The position numbers and the translations under genes are program-made. From the IMG/VR virus record IMGVR_UViG_3300005531_000248, positions 1 through 64,000 of that record: 64,000 nucleotides of DNA; one strand, 5' to 3'. Within the stretch, counting starts at the first letter, position 1, and the number at the start of each line of letters is the position of its first letter. This stretch comes from a virus. Taxonomy: Duplodnaviria; Heunggongvirae; Uroviricota; Caudoviricetes. The notes under the pieces were generated by a model. That model saw only the letters and a list, made by a program, of their open reading frames with translations. It had not been told where the DNA came from and did no database searches. Positions 26,613-36,181 of this stretch are shown piece by piece.

Positions 26613-27101
26613 ATGGGGTTTTTCGCCGTGATCGCTGCGCTGCCGATGATGGGCCGCTTTTGTGTTCGCCCGCGACAGAGCCCAAAGCGAATTGAAGTGC
26701 CATCGCCCCTTGCGAGCCATCCTCCTTTCATGCTCCTGCAGGCGGAACTTACTTGGGACGAATTCGAGAGCCGGTATCCTGAACATGTTCAGGCCGCCCT
26801 GCCATATTGGGCGCGACTGAAAAATCAAGGTTTGCTAGAATGGCGCGGCCCCTGTGGTCCTCTTCTTTCCGAATTGATCGAGGCATCATTGCAAAAAGCC
26901 GGGCTACTCTCTCCTGGTCAACAAATGACGCTTGGCCAGGCCCATGCTGCTAAGCGAGTATTTGAAAATATGGTGCGGGCACCCGGTTGCCTTAATGACC
27001 AAGTGCATTGGCGGTTTGCTGACGTACTCCGAGATGACCTCGCAATCGAGCTTTCAGATATGTTGCCGCTTTTAACGAATGGAAGCGACAAGGACACGTG
27101 A
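26613..27101 (+). CDS. hypothetical protein
   Basis: ORF track. Confidence 0.4.
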   Translation: MGFFAVIAALPMMGRFCVRPRQSPKRIEVPSPLASHPPFMLLQAELTWDEFESRYPEHVQAALPYWARLKNQGLLEWRGPCGPLLSELIEASLQKAGLLSPGQQMTLGQAHAAKRVFENMVRAPGCLNDQVHWRFADVLRDDLAIELSDMLPLLTNGSDKDT

Positions 27102-27412
27102 CGCCCAAAAAGCTGACGGTGGTGTTCACCTGCTCGCATTCAGGTGAGGCGCGTGCGGTGGTAGACGCGATCAAGAGTGTGTCGGATACGATTACATCAA
27201 TGCTGTATGAGGGTGACTGCCTGTGGCCGGACTCCTTCGATACCGAAGGGAACAAGACCGACTGGAGATACGATCCGGAACTGGAACTCCTACACTCACC
27301 ATCGACGGACGATTTTATGTATCGCGTCGGCGACAATCCTCCCGTTGATCAGCAGAAGCGCTGGATGGATCGGCATAGAGATGCGATCCTAGTGAGACGG
27401 CAGAACTTCTAA
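27098..27412 (+). CDS. hypothetical protein (N-terminal module paralog of 25977..26303)
   Basis: MTPKKLTVVFTCSHSGEARAVVDAIKSVSDTIT. Confidence 0.4.
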   Translation: MTPKKLTVVFTCSHSGEARAVVDAIKSVSDTITSMLYEGDCLWPDSFDTEGNKTDWRYDPELELLHSPSTDDFMYRVGDNPPVDQQKRWMDRHRDAILVRRQNF

Positions 27413-27576
27413 CGAATGGCTAAAGACACCGAGCAGCGCGAGCGGGAACTCAACGCCAAGCGCATCGGGCAGCCTAAGTTCGACCCAAACGGCAAGAAGA
27501 TCGTGTATGACAATCCTTATGACCAAGCGCAACGCGCCTGCGCCAATGGGGAGTACGAAGAGGAAGTGACGCTGCC

Positions 27577-27849
27577 ATGAAGCTTGACCGCCGTTCGTTC
27601 TTCGCCGCGCTGTGCGCACCGTTTGTTGCTCAATTCGTACCCAAAGCCGAACCGGTTTCGTTAGCGCCATATCCGCCGCCTTCCCTAGCCCTCTTGCTGG
27701 ACGAGTTTTATTCGAGGTACATGGGAAATGCAATGCGGCACGCCAGGAACATGCTGCATCAATCAACCCTCGCGCTGTATCTGAATCCGAAACCGCGCGG
27801 CTCCTACGCCGAGTACGAACGACGCCACCAAGATCTAATACCGGTATGA
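27577..27849 (+). CDS. hypothetical protein with twin-arginine-like signal
   Basis: MKLDRRSFFAALCAPFVAQF. Confidence 0.4.
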   Translation: MKLDRRSFFAALCAPFVAQFVPKAEPVSLAPYPPPSLALLLDEFYSRYMGNAMRHARNMLHQSTLALYLNPKPRGSYAEYERRHQDLIPV

Positions 27850-27973
27850 ACCCCACCACCAAGTTCCGCAAGTTCGTGGACCAACTCTTTGCGGCGCTTC
27901 TGACCATGATTGCGGTCGGCAGCCTCATTGCGGTCTGCGACGACATCGCCAGAGCGTTCCGCTAAAAACTTTC

Positions 27974-28450
27974 GTGCGTACGCTTCAGATCATCGCGCTC
28001 GCGATCATGGGCGCAGCCTGCACGTTTGCGCAGGCGACGTTTCCCTCAACCACGCTGTCGCGCGCAGTCACGGCCACTTATTCCGGGCCGCTCGCGGTCG
28101 CCAGCACAACGAACATCCTGCCGCCAGGCCTGCCGGTCGAAATCAACGGCGTGGGCGATCCCGAGGGCGCGACCATGTACGTCCTGCTGGTCGACACGGA
28201 GGCGATGTGCGTCTACAACGTCGATAAGCACAACAACGTTTATGTGATCCGGGGCTGCCAGGGAACCCAAACGCAAGCCCATGCCGCAGGGGCCAAAGTC
28301 TACACCGGACCGGCAAGTTACTACAGCTTCAACGATCCAGGCGGCTCGTGTAATCCTCCGGCAATCCGGGTGCTGCCGCACATCACTTTACCCTCCGGAA
28401 ATATCTGGCAGTGCACCGGAGGCGTCTGGGTCTTTCAGGGCCAGAACTGA
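27974..28450 (+). CDS. secreted protein, member of 3-copy N-terminal module family
   Basis: signal peptide MRTLQIIALAIMGAACTFAQA; LLVDTEAMCVYNV...VIRG..GT...AH..GAKVYTG parallels 34294 and 40731 proteins. Confidence 0.5.
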   Translation: MRTLQIIALAIMGAACTFAQATFPSTTLSRAVTATYSGPLAVASTTNILPPGLPVEINGVGDPEGATMYVLLVDTEAMCVYNVDKHNNVYVIRGCQGTQTQAHAAGAKVYTGPASYYSFNDPGGSCNPPAIRVLPHITLPSGNIWQCTGGVWVFQGQN

Positions 28451-28459
28451 CTGTTTAGA

Positions 28460-28520
28460 CCGATAGCGAAAGCGAAACCATACGGTTTCTCTCTCGCGCT
28501 CACTCTTCCCTTTCGAACAA
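28460..28520 (+). repeat. HP-B hairpin element
   Basis: agcgaaagcgaaaccatacggtttctctctcgcgctcactcttccctttcg. Confidence 0.5.
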
Positions 28521-28521
28521 G

Positions 28522-28863
28522 ATGCCGAATCCAGATCACGGAAACATGCAGCGGGACGCGCGGGACGAATGGCCTGCCGATGAACCGGTTGGATCGTTTG
28601 ATATCGAACTGGGCGGAGTGCAAGGTTACGAGGCAACTGCGCACATTATATTTGTCTGTCCAAATGGAAAGCGCTGCTCTGTGTTGCTAGGTCCGAAGTT
28701 CGTAGATCGTCCAACGCCGGACGGCCTCTGTGTGTGGCAATGGGACGGCAATATGGAACGCCCAACGCTCACGCCCTCGATCAACTGTGTCGCCATGAAG
28801 GGCGGCAAACCAACCGGCGGATGCGGCTGGCACGGGCATATCACGAACGGCGTGATGCGATAA
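28522..28863 (+). CDS. hypothetical protein
   Basis: ORF track. Confidence 0.4.
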   Translation: MPNPDHGNMQRDARDEWPADEPVGSFDIELGGVQGYEATAHIIFVCPNGKRCSVLLGPKFVDRPTPDGLCVWQWDGNMERPTLTPSINCVAMKGGKPTGGCGWHGHITNGVMR

Positions 28864-29153
28864 CCGAGCGTGATGCAGGCCGTAACCGAGTACATCTATG
28901 ACCACGAAAACGGATCAGTCATGTGTGCGGCCTGCCTTCTCGAGCACGGTGTTGCGTACGAAATGGCAATTGTGCCGAACGGCTACGCCTGCGACGAAAC
29001 AGCAACGGGGCATTTTCTCCCTGCCGATCTTGTGAACCGGACGGGTTTTTAGCTCATGACCGGAGCGCCGAAGTAACGGCGAGATTCACCACGCGCTGAT
29101 ACCTCAGATCAGCGCGAAATAGAGACTCCTTCTCAAAGAACTTTTTCTCTTTC

Positions 29154-31334
29154 GTGGAACCTCCTTACATTCCCAGTGAAGATCTGGACCGAAGTCTAGC
29201 TCCAGCGCAATCTTCACGTTCCAAAAAGAAGTCCAAGGTTATAGTCTCGGCCAAGAAAAAAGAAGAAGTCATTCGTGATCCGAACGAAGACCTCTTAAAA
29301 CAAGCCCGTGATCGCTTCACTAAAGCAGCCCAGCACGATCAGAAATGGCGCGAACTCGCAACCGAAGAACTGGACTTTGTCGACGGCTTAGAGCACTGGT
29401 CGCAGGAAATGCGGCAGGACCGCAAAGGCGTACCCTGCCTGACCTTCGACCGCATCGGGCCATCGATCGACCAGGTGGTGAACGACGCCCGCCAGGACCC
29501 ACCCGAACCCAAAGTCAGCCCGGTAGGCGGAGGAGCGGACAAAGAGACAGCCGAGATTCTGGAGGGGCTTTACAGGAACATAGCCAACGACTCCAACGGC
29601 AAGATCGCCTTCATGACCGGCTACGAGCACGCGGTCAAGATCGGCCGCGGCTGGTGGCGTGTCAACAAGGTCTACGAATCGGAAGAAGACTTCGTACAAA
29701 AACTCGTAATCCGCCGCATCAAAAATCCGTTCTCGGTCTATCCCGACCCAGCCGCGGACGAATTCGACTACTCGGACATGAACTATTGCTTCGTGACCGA
29801 GGACCTCGACCCCGACCTGTTCAAGCAGTTGTATCCGGACGCCCTTGCTACAGGCATGGCGGACTGGCAGGCGCAGGGCGACCGCATCAAGCAGGACTGG
29901 TACCCGGAATCGAATATTCGGGTAGCCGAGTACTGGTATGTCGAGCGAACCAAGAAAACGCTGTATTTGCTGGACGACGGGCGCAAGGTAACTTCGCTTG
30001 ACCAGAAGGGCGAAGGGACGCAAGTGCTCGCGCAGCGCGAAGTCTACCTGCCTAAAGTGCAGTGGGCCAAGATGACCGGCATGGAAATCCTTGAGCAGGG
30101 CACGTGGGAAGGCAAATGGATTCCCATCATCCCGGTGATCGGCCGCGAAGTGATTATGAAGCAGCGCACCACCATGCGCGGCATGATCCGGCCGGCCATG
30201 GACGCCAATCTGTCCTATGACCTGATGCGGTCGAAACAGGTCGAAACCATCGGCCTTGCTCCCCTGTCGCCCTACCTGGCCGCCGCCGCGGCCATCGAAG
30301 GCCACGAGTACATCTGGGCGGATGCCAACCGCAAGCGCATTGGATACCTGCCCTGGAACCACATGGACGATCAGGGCAATCCAATCCCGAAGCCCGAACG
30401 AAATCTGTCAGAGCCGCCCATCCAGGCCGTGACCATGGCCGTGGCGGCCGCGGATAACGACGTCAAAGCTACGCTGGCAACCTTCGACGCTTCATTAGGT
30501 AACGACAGCCCCGAATCCTCGGGCCGAGCGATTCTGGCCCGGCAGCGCGAGGGCGACAACGCGCACTTCCACTACCACGACAATTTGCGGAGATCGGTCG
30601 AGCATACCGGCAGAGTAATCGTGGATCTGATTCCGCACGTCTACCGCGAAGAGCGCACCATCAACATTTTCGATCCCGACGGCTCACAGCGGGCAGTCCA
30701 GATCAACGCTCAGAAGATTACAGAAGGCGCGGACCGCATTTACAAACTGAATAATCCGGTGGCCCGCTTTGACGCCGTAGTTGGAAACGATCCGAGCTAC
30801 GCCACCAGGCGCCTGCAGGCATCCGCGCAGCTCATGGAATTGTTCCGCGCCGCGCCGCAAGTTCTGGTACGCGCGATCGACCTCATCATCCGCACCTTGG
30901 ATCTGCCGGACGGCGACGAGATCGCGGACCGGTTAAGGCCGCCCGACGTCCAGACGGACGCCAAGGACATCCCGCCGCAGGTCCAGGCCATGGTGGCCAA
31001 ACTCCAGGGCATCATTCAGGCCCAGGGCGTCCAGATCCAGACCTTGAAGGGCATCATCGACAAGAAGATTCTGGAACTCGAATCGAAGGAACGGCAAACC
31101 ACCGAGACCAATCTCACCAGGGTTTTGGTAGCGGAAGTCAGCGGCAAGTCGGCCGAGGCCCAGAAACTCGCCGAACTCGACCACCAATCGGTCAAGCACC
31201 GCCTGGACCTGGCCGCCGATCGCGAGCAGCAGCAGCAGCAAAACCAGCCCGGCCAGCAACCGGCGCAGGCGCAGCCGGAAACTGCAGGCGCAGCCACGAA
31301 CCCGCAGGAAGAACCCGAGCCAGTAGCGCAGTAA
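29154..31334 (+). CDS. portal protein, P22 gp1-like
   Basis: GTG start; W...R.GVPCLTFDRIGPSIDQVVNDARQDPPEPKVSPVGG...AEILEGLYRNIANDSNGKIAFMTGYEHAVKIGRGWWRV parallels P22 portal N-terminal region; 726 aa (P22 gp1 725 aa); Gln-rich C-terminal barrel. Confidence 0.75.
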   Translation: MEPPYIPSEDLDRSLAPAQSSRSKKKSKVIVSAKKKEEVIRDPNEDLLKQARDRFTKAAQHDQKWRELATEELDFVDGLEHWSQEMRQDRKGVPCLTFDRIGPSIDQVVNDARQDPPEPKVSPVGGGADKETAEILEGLYRNIANDSNGKIAFMTGYEHAVKIGRGWWRVNKVYESEEDFVQKLVIRRIKNPFSVYPDPAADEFDYSDMNYCFVTEDLDPDLFKQLYPDALATGMADWQAQGDRIKQDWYPESNIRVAEYWYVERTKKTLYLLDDGRKVTSLDQKGEGTQVLAQREVYLPKVQWAKMTGMEILEQGTWEGKWIPIIPVIGREVIMKQRTTMRGMIRPAMDANLSYDLMRSKQVETIGLAPLSPYLAAAAAIEGHEYIWADANRKRIGYLPWNHMDDQGNPIPKPERNLSEPPIQAVTMAVAAADNDVKATLATFDASLGNDSPESSGRAILARQREGDNAHFHYHDNLRRSVEHTGRVIVDLIPHVYREERTINIFDPDGSQRAVQINAQKITEGADRIYKLNNPVARFDAVVGNDPSYATRRLQASAQLMELFRAAPQVLVRAIDLIIRTLDLPDGDEIADRLRPPDVQTDAKDIPPQVQAMVAKLQGIIQAQGVQIQTLKGIIDKKILELESKERQTTETNLTRVLVAEVSGKSAEAQKLAELDHQSVKHRLDLAADREQQQQQNQPGQQPAQAQPETAGAATNPQEEPEPVAQ

Positions 31335-31361
31335 TTCAGCAATTCCCAAGGAGATCACATT

Positions 31362-32516
31362 TTGCAGACTGAACAGATGGACGAGTTGAGCATTGCGTCG
31401 ATGACGCAAACGCCCGAAGAGATCCAAAAGGTTCTCGAGAGCTCCGGCCATACGGTCACCGAAACCCAGGTCCTGACCGACGGACCCCTACAAAACGCAC
31501 AAGAAACGGAACAGCCAGCAGAAACCAAGCCGGCCTCCGAGCACGCCGAAGAGACCGCCGCAACCGAGCAGACCCCCGCGCCGGCCAAACCCAAGAAGAA
31601 CACCTTCAAGGCCCTGCGCCAGCAGATTCGCGAGCTGAACCAAAAGCTGGCCGATCAGGAGCGGACCATCTCCGAGATGAAGACGCCGGCCGAAACGAAG
31701 ACTGCAGCTCCTGCAAAGGAAGCCGCGGTCGAGACGGACGAAGATCCGGCTCCCCAAGCGCCCGGTCCAAAACCGAACTTCGAAGACGAGCAGAAATACC
31801 CGCTCGGCCAATACGATCCTCAGTACATTGAGGACCTGGCGGACTGGCGCTACGATGTGCGCGAGCACCAGCGCATCACCAAGGAAAAAGAAAAGCGTGC
31901 ACAGGCCAAGGCCAAAGCCGCCGAAGAAAAAAAGGCAGAGCCAAAAACCGAGGCCAAGCCCGAGCCTTCCGCCGACGACAAACTCATTCAGGAGCGTTGG
32001 GCGGCCGAGCTCGCCTCGCAGCGCGCCAAGAATCCAGAGTTCGAGAAACTACTCGAAAAGACGCATGACAAGATTGTTTTTAGCAATGTGATGGGGTACG
32101 TTTTACCCCGCTTAGAGCGCGGTGGGGATGTGCTGTTTTATCTGGGCCAAAACCCGGATGTTGCGCACCGCATCGCCTCGGCGACCACATTGTCTGAGAA
32201 TGCAACCCGGCTAGAGACCGAAAAAGCTATAGCGCGGGCCTTCAAAGAGCTCGGAAAACTCGAAGATCAACTCGCCCCTCAGGACCCTCCGGAGCCTGAA
32301 GACGAGGAGATCGATGAGGTAGAGCAAGCGAAGCCCGAAGATCCTAAGCCGGCCAAAAAAGAGGTTGTAACGCCCGCCGCCCCCCCGCCCACTCCTGTAG
32401 GAAGCAGGGCCGCAGTGGCCGCAACTCGCGTGACGGAACTTCCGCCTGAAAAGTTGCGATCGCTCGACCCGGATGAATACCGCAGACAGGTAGAGAGCGC
32501 GCGGCGCCGCGGCTAA
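31362..32516 (+). CDS. scaffolding protein candidate
   Basis: acidic Ala/Glu/Lys/Pro-rich helical protein between portal and coat. Confidence 0.5.
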   Translation: MQTEQMDELSIASMTQTPEEIQKVLESSGHTVTETQVLTDGPLQNAQETEQPAETKPASEHAEETAATEQTPAPAKPKKNTFKALRQQIRELNQKLADQERTISEMKTPAETKTAAPAKEAAVETDEDPAPQAPGPKPNFEDEQKYPLGQYDPQYIEDLADWRYDVREHQRITKEKEKRAQAKAKAAEEKKAEPKTEAKPEPSADDKLIQERWAAELASQRAKNPEFEKLLEKTHDKIVFSNVMGYVLPRLERGGDVLFYLGQNPDVAHRIASATTLSENATRLETEKAIARAFKELGKLEDQLAPQDPPEPEDEEIDEVEQAKPEDPKPAKKEVVTPAAPPPTPVGSRAAVAATRVTELPPEKLRSLDPDEYRRQVESARRRG

Positions 32517-32619
32517 GCACCTCGAAGCGAGCCGAGACCGTCGGGATGACAGACTCGGCCGCTCCTCCTTCTTCATCCCGCATTTCAACTTAACGTCGTG
32601 ACGACGTAAAGGACTAACC

Positions 32620-32766
32620 ATGGCAAATGAATTACTCAACCCGGTCGCGATTCTTCAAGAATCGTTGATGCGGTGGGAGAACAACCTGGTCTTCGCCAAG
32701 CAAGTTAATAGGGAGTTCGATGATAGGTTCGCAGTTCCTGGCGACAAAATCGGGTTAACAGTGTAG
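32620..32766 (+). CDS. major capsid (coat) protein 5' exon / N-arm fragment
   Basis: MANELLNPVAILQESLMRW... resembles P22 coat N-arm ([20 protein letters not shown]); same frame as 33163 ORF; SD aaagga upstream. Confidence 0.5.
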   Translation: MANELLNPVAILQESLMRWENNLVFAKQVNREFDDRFAVPGDKIGLTV

Positions 32767-33162
32767 CCCCACGCAGGAGAGATCCTGCGGAGAAAAACGA
32801 AGTGAATTCGGTGAATCCTACAGCCCGGAAGAGTAACAGCATCGGTGGTGCAACGGCGATGCTGTTAATGCAACTCTGTGTCTGGGCCATGGCGACGCCG
32901 AGCGAAGTCTCAGTGATGAACGAAGGTGCGGCGGCTAAAACCCTGGCCGAGGTTCACCAAAGAGAAACGTGTAACGACTATCCCGCAACGGGAGTAGAGC
33001 TAAGCAGCTCGAAGCGCTTCGGGTCCCAAGCCTCCTAGGCTTCGGATCGTGACATAGTCTGGTCCTCCTCGAAAGGGGAGCAAGTCTGGCTCAGCCCAAT
33101 GAGCGGACGCACACGGCCCTAGCGAGGCCGCTGCCAACGAAAACGACACCGTAAACGCCCGC
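32767..33162 (+). ncRNA. putative group I self-splicing intron (exact boundaries undetermined)
   Basis: P7-like R/S boxes AACGACUAUCC (~32978) and GACAUAGUCUGGUCC (~33043) cf. Tetrahymena AUAUAGUCGGACC; GNRA-capped hairpin CUCCUC-GAAA-GGGGAG after it; splits a coat gene whose two parts are in the same frame. Confidence 0.5.
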
Positions 33163-34257
33163 ATGCCAGTCCGCTTCCGCGGACGAATCGGCGACGGCAT
33201 TCAACTGGAAGACATCCGGGAAACCGTCGTGCCGGTAACCATCAACCGCCTGTGGGGCTGTGATCTGGACATCTCAGATCAAGACCTCACGCTAACCATC
33301 GACCGGTTCGGAGAGCGCTACATCGAGCCGGCCGTGCAGAGAATCGCGAACATGATCGACGGCGAAGGCCTCGATCTGTACGCCGACGTCTATAACCTGG
33401 CGCAATTGAACGTGACGCCCGGCGTCACTCCCACCACCCGCACCGCTTACACCGCTGCCGGTGTCACGCTGTCCAATTCCGGCGCCCCCTACGGCAGTCT
33501 CCGGGCCTTGGTGGTTTCTCCAGAGATGGAAGCGGCCGCCATCGAATTCGGTGCAACGCTCTTCAACCCGCCCAAGACCATCTCCGAGCAGTATCTTTCG
33601 GGAACCATGGGCCAGGCGCTGGGCTTCAAGTGGTCGATGGATCAGAACGTCTCGCGCGCTACCGTTGGCCTCGCCGGCGGAACGCCCGTGGTTAACGGCG
33701 CGAACCAGACCGGTTCTTCGCTGATCACCAGCGGCTGGACCGCCTCAACCCAGGTTCTGAATACCGGCGACATCATCAAGGTCGCGGGCGTCAACTCCGT
33801 CAACCCGATCTCCTATCGGGACACCGGGCAGCTCCGGACGTTCGTGGTGGGACCCAACTGCCCCGCCTCGGATGGATCTGGCAACCTGACGATTCCGATC
33901 TCGCCCGACATCAACATCGACGTCACCAGCCCCTTCCAGACCGTGACGCAATCGCCCGCCAATAACGCGGCCATCTTTGTTTACAACACCGCGGCTGCCA
34001 ACCTGGCGAACATCTCGGGCGTTTCCTCGCCCCAGGCGCTCGCTTTCCACCGCGATGCCTTTGCGCTCGCCATCGTCAACCTTGAACTGCCGGGCGGGCT
34101 CGACTGGTCCGAGCGCATCTCTAATCCCAAGGTCGGGATCAGCATGCGCCTGACGCGCGGCTTCGACATGCGCACCAACCGGCGCTACACGCGCTTAGAA
34201 GCATTCGGCGGATGGAAGACTCTCCGGCCGGAATTCGCGTGCCGGATCGCCGGCTAA
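33163..34257 (+). CDS. major capsid (coat) protein, P22 gp5-like, 3' part
   Basis: RETVVPVTINRLWG~SNTIWMPVEQE; ..PAVQRIANMID..~..IQSAARKLANNVE; IKVAGVNSV...TFVVG~ISFAGVKFL...TFSVV; C-terminal TLRPEF~ATRPEA. Confidence 0.8.
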   Translation: MPVRFRGRIGDGIQLEDIRETVVPVTINRLWGCDLDISDQDLTLTIDRFGERYIEPAVQRIANMIDGEGLDLYADVYNLAQLNVTPGVTPTTRTAYTAAGVTLSNSGAPYGSLRALVVSPEMEAAAIEFGATLFNPPKTISEQYLSGTMGQALGFKWSMDQNVSRATVGLAGGTPVVNGANQTGSSLITSGWTASTQVLNTGDIIKVAGVNSVNPISYRDTGQLRTFVVGPNCPASDGSGNLTIPISPDINIDVTSPFQTVTQSPANNAAIFVYNTAAANLANISGVSSPQALAFHRDAFALAIVNLELPGGLDWSERISNPKVGISMRLTRGFDMRTNRRYTRLEAFGGWKTLRPEFACRIAG

Positions 34258-34293
34258 CCCGGGCCCGAAATCAAGCAAAGGACACCAACACCC

Positions 34294-35046
34294 ATGAAAC
34301 ACATCCTGAAACTCATTGCGGGTCTCTCTCTCGCTGCGGCTTCGCTCTTCGGGCAAGCCGCCATGACCTCCACCACGCTTTCGACCGCCGTGCCGTTGTC
34401 GCAGCGCGGCTTCAACACCACCGTGTTTGTTGCCAGCGCCACCGGCATCACCGCCCCCAGCGTTTCGACGCCTCAGGGCGGCGTGGGTTCTCCGACCGGC
34501 GGGCCGAACCTCACCGTTCTGTTCGTGGACAAAGAACTGATGCGCGTAAACGCCGTATCGGGAACCACGATCACGGTGGAGCGCGGCTACTCCGGCACCC
34601 CGGTTATGGCGCACAACTCCGGCGCCACGGTCTGGGTCGGAACGCCGAGCCAGTTCTATAACATCGATCCGTTCGGCGCCTGCACCGCTAGCGCTGTTCC
34701 AGTATTGCCGCGCGTGGTTTACACAACCGGCAACGTCTGGAACTGCGGATCGAACGGCCAATGGTTCGCCTGGACGTATTTCAATACCGCTCCTCAGGTC
34801 GGTACGGCTATCGCGTCGGCGGCGACCATCGCGCCCACGACTCCGGTGGTGCACGTAACCGGCACCACGACCATCAACACCATCACCGTGCCCTCAGGAT
34901 TTCCCAAGGGTGGCACGCTGATTCTTATTCCGGACGGCCTCTGGTCGACCGGGACTTCGGGCAACATCGCCATCGCGACCACGGGTGTCGTGTCGAAAGC
35001 GCTCCTTGAAGTTTGGGACGGCACGAAGTTTTACCCGAGTTATTAA
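34294..35046 (+). CDS. secreted protein, paralog of 27974..28450
   Basis: MKHILKLIAGLSLAAASLFGQA; LFVDKELMRVNAV..TTITVERGYSGT..AH.SGATVWVG; terminator-like hairpin CCTGCGG...CCGCAGGctcttttt at 35064-35100. Confidence 0.5.
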   Translation: MKHILKLIAGLSLAAASLFGQAAMTSTTLSTAVPLSQRGFNTTVFVASATGITAPSVSTPQGGVGSPTGGPNLTVLFVDKELMRVNAVSGTTITVERGYSGTPVMAHNSGATVWVGTPSQFYNIDPFGACTASAVPVLPRVVYTTGNVWNCGSNGQWFAWTYFNTAPQVGTAIASAATIAPTTPVVHVTGTTTINTITVPSGFPKGGTLILIPDGLWSTGTSGNIAIATTGVVSKALLEVWDGTKFYPSY

Positions 35047-35108
35047 CCACTTCCCTCCTAGTGACCTGCGGGGTCCGACGTGACTCCGCAGGCTCTTTTT
35101 CAACAACC

Positions 35109-35411
35109 ATGACATTCAGACCGCTATACAACCAGATCGTAGTGCGCATGGATTCGCCCAAAGAAATGCATGGCGCGCTGCACATCCCCGATAACGCTCC
35201 TGAAAGCTCGCGGACCTCGGGACATGCTGCATTCGGGACCGTGCTCAAGACCGGGGAAGGCCATCGCCGTAAAAACGGTTCGATTCAACCGCTGGACGTG
35301 AAGCCGGGAGACCGCATTGCCTATCACCGCAACGCCGGCGAAAGGCACTTGATCGAGGGAGAAACCGTGCTGTTGATCCCGGAAGAGCACGTTCTGGGAG
35401 TTTTGGAGTAA
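35109..35411 (+). CDS. groES: GroES/Cpn10-family co-chaperonin (phage-encoded)
   Basis: MTFRPLYNQIVVR...GALHIPDNA...GTVLKTGEG...QPLDVKPGDRIAY...GETVLLIPEEHVLGVLE aligns along full length with E. coli GroES (RPLHDRVIVK...PLDVKVGDIVIF...EEVLIMSESDILAIVE); 100 aa. Confidence 0.85.
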   Translation: MTFRPLYNQIVVRMDSPKEMHGALHIPDNAPESSRTSGHAAFGTVLKTGEGHRRKNGSIQPLDVKPGDRIAYHRNAGERHLIEGETVLLIPEEHVLGVLE

Positions 35412-35414
35412 CCC

Positions 35415-35810
35415 ATGCGAATCAACGTAACGCTCACCATCGGCGCCGCCCCGATCAACATCACCACCGGTATGACGGCGGCCCAGATGGCCGCGGCCGG
35501 CATGACATCGCAGCTGGCTCCCGCCGGTGCGACGTTTTTCGTCCAGCCCATGCGCCTGCGCTCGATTTCGTTCCAGATGATTCACGGCGGATCGGGCTTG
35601 GGCTATGTGCTTACCGGTTCAGTCGGACGTGCGCCAGCGGCTGTTTTTGCTGCCTCCGACCTGGTCGCAGAGCTTGACTTCGCCTCCGCGCAGAGTCCGG
35701 GCGGGTCCTGGAGCGACTCGGACGACTTCGGGCGCATTCAGGGTGAGAACTACTGGGTACATGGCGCCAATCCAGGGGACAAAGTACAGGTTTCCTACGA
35801 CACCTACTGA
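35415..35810 (+). CDS. hypothetical virion-associated protein
   Basis: ORF track; in structural gene string. Confidence 0.45.
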   Translation: MRINVTLTIGAAPINITTGMTAAQMAAAGMTSQLAPAGATFFVQPMRLRSISFQMIHGGSGLGYVLTGSVGRAPAAVFAASDLVAELDFASAQSPGGSWSDSDDFGRIQGENYWVHGANPGDKVQVSYDTY

Positions 35811-35815
35811 AATTC

Positions 35816-36181
35816 ATGTCGATTGAACGCACAAGGGGCCCGGCAGTTTCGGGCAATTTCTCGGCAACCGTAACCCCGCCCTCGAGCACAACGGTTTCCC
35901 CAGCCGCCCAGCAGTCCGTTGGGACAGCCTCTTCTCAGATCGTGGCAGCCAATGCAACCAGGGTGAAACTGATCATCCAGAACACCGGAACGACGGTGAT
36001 CAAGCTGAACTTGGGCGCGAGTTCCCCCACCCAGAACGCTTACCACATAGCGCTTCCGGCCTGCGGTTCTGCCAACGACGAATCAAGCCAACCCTATGTG
36101 GACACCGAATGGAAGGGAGCGGTGCAGGCCATCAGCTCGCTGGCCGGAGGCACCGTGGTTGTCACGGAGGAAAACCCATGA
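35816..36181 (+). CDS. hypothetical beta-rich protein
   Basis: ORF track. Confidence 0.45.
   Translation: MSIERTRGPAVSGNFSATVTPPSSTTVSPAAQQSVGTASSQIVAANATRVKLIIQNTGTTVIKLNLGASSPTQNAYHIALPACGSANDESSQPYVDTEWKGAVQAISSLAGGTVVVTEENP

Noticed and set aside
32593-32607. palindrome ACGTCGTgACGACGT upstream of the coat 5' exon
   Set aside because: It is short with a single-nucleotide centre, probably only a minor RNA hairpin, so I did not list it as a feature.
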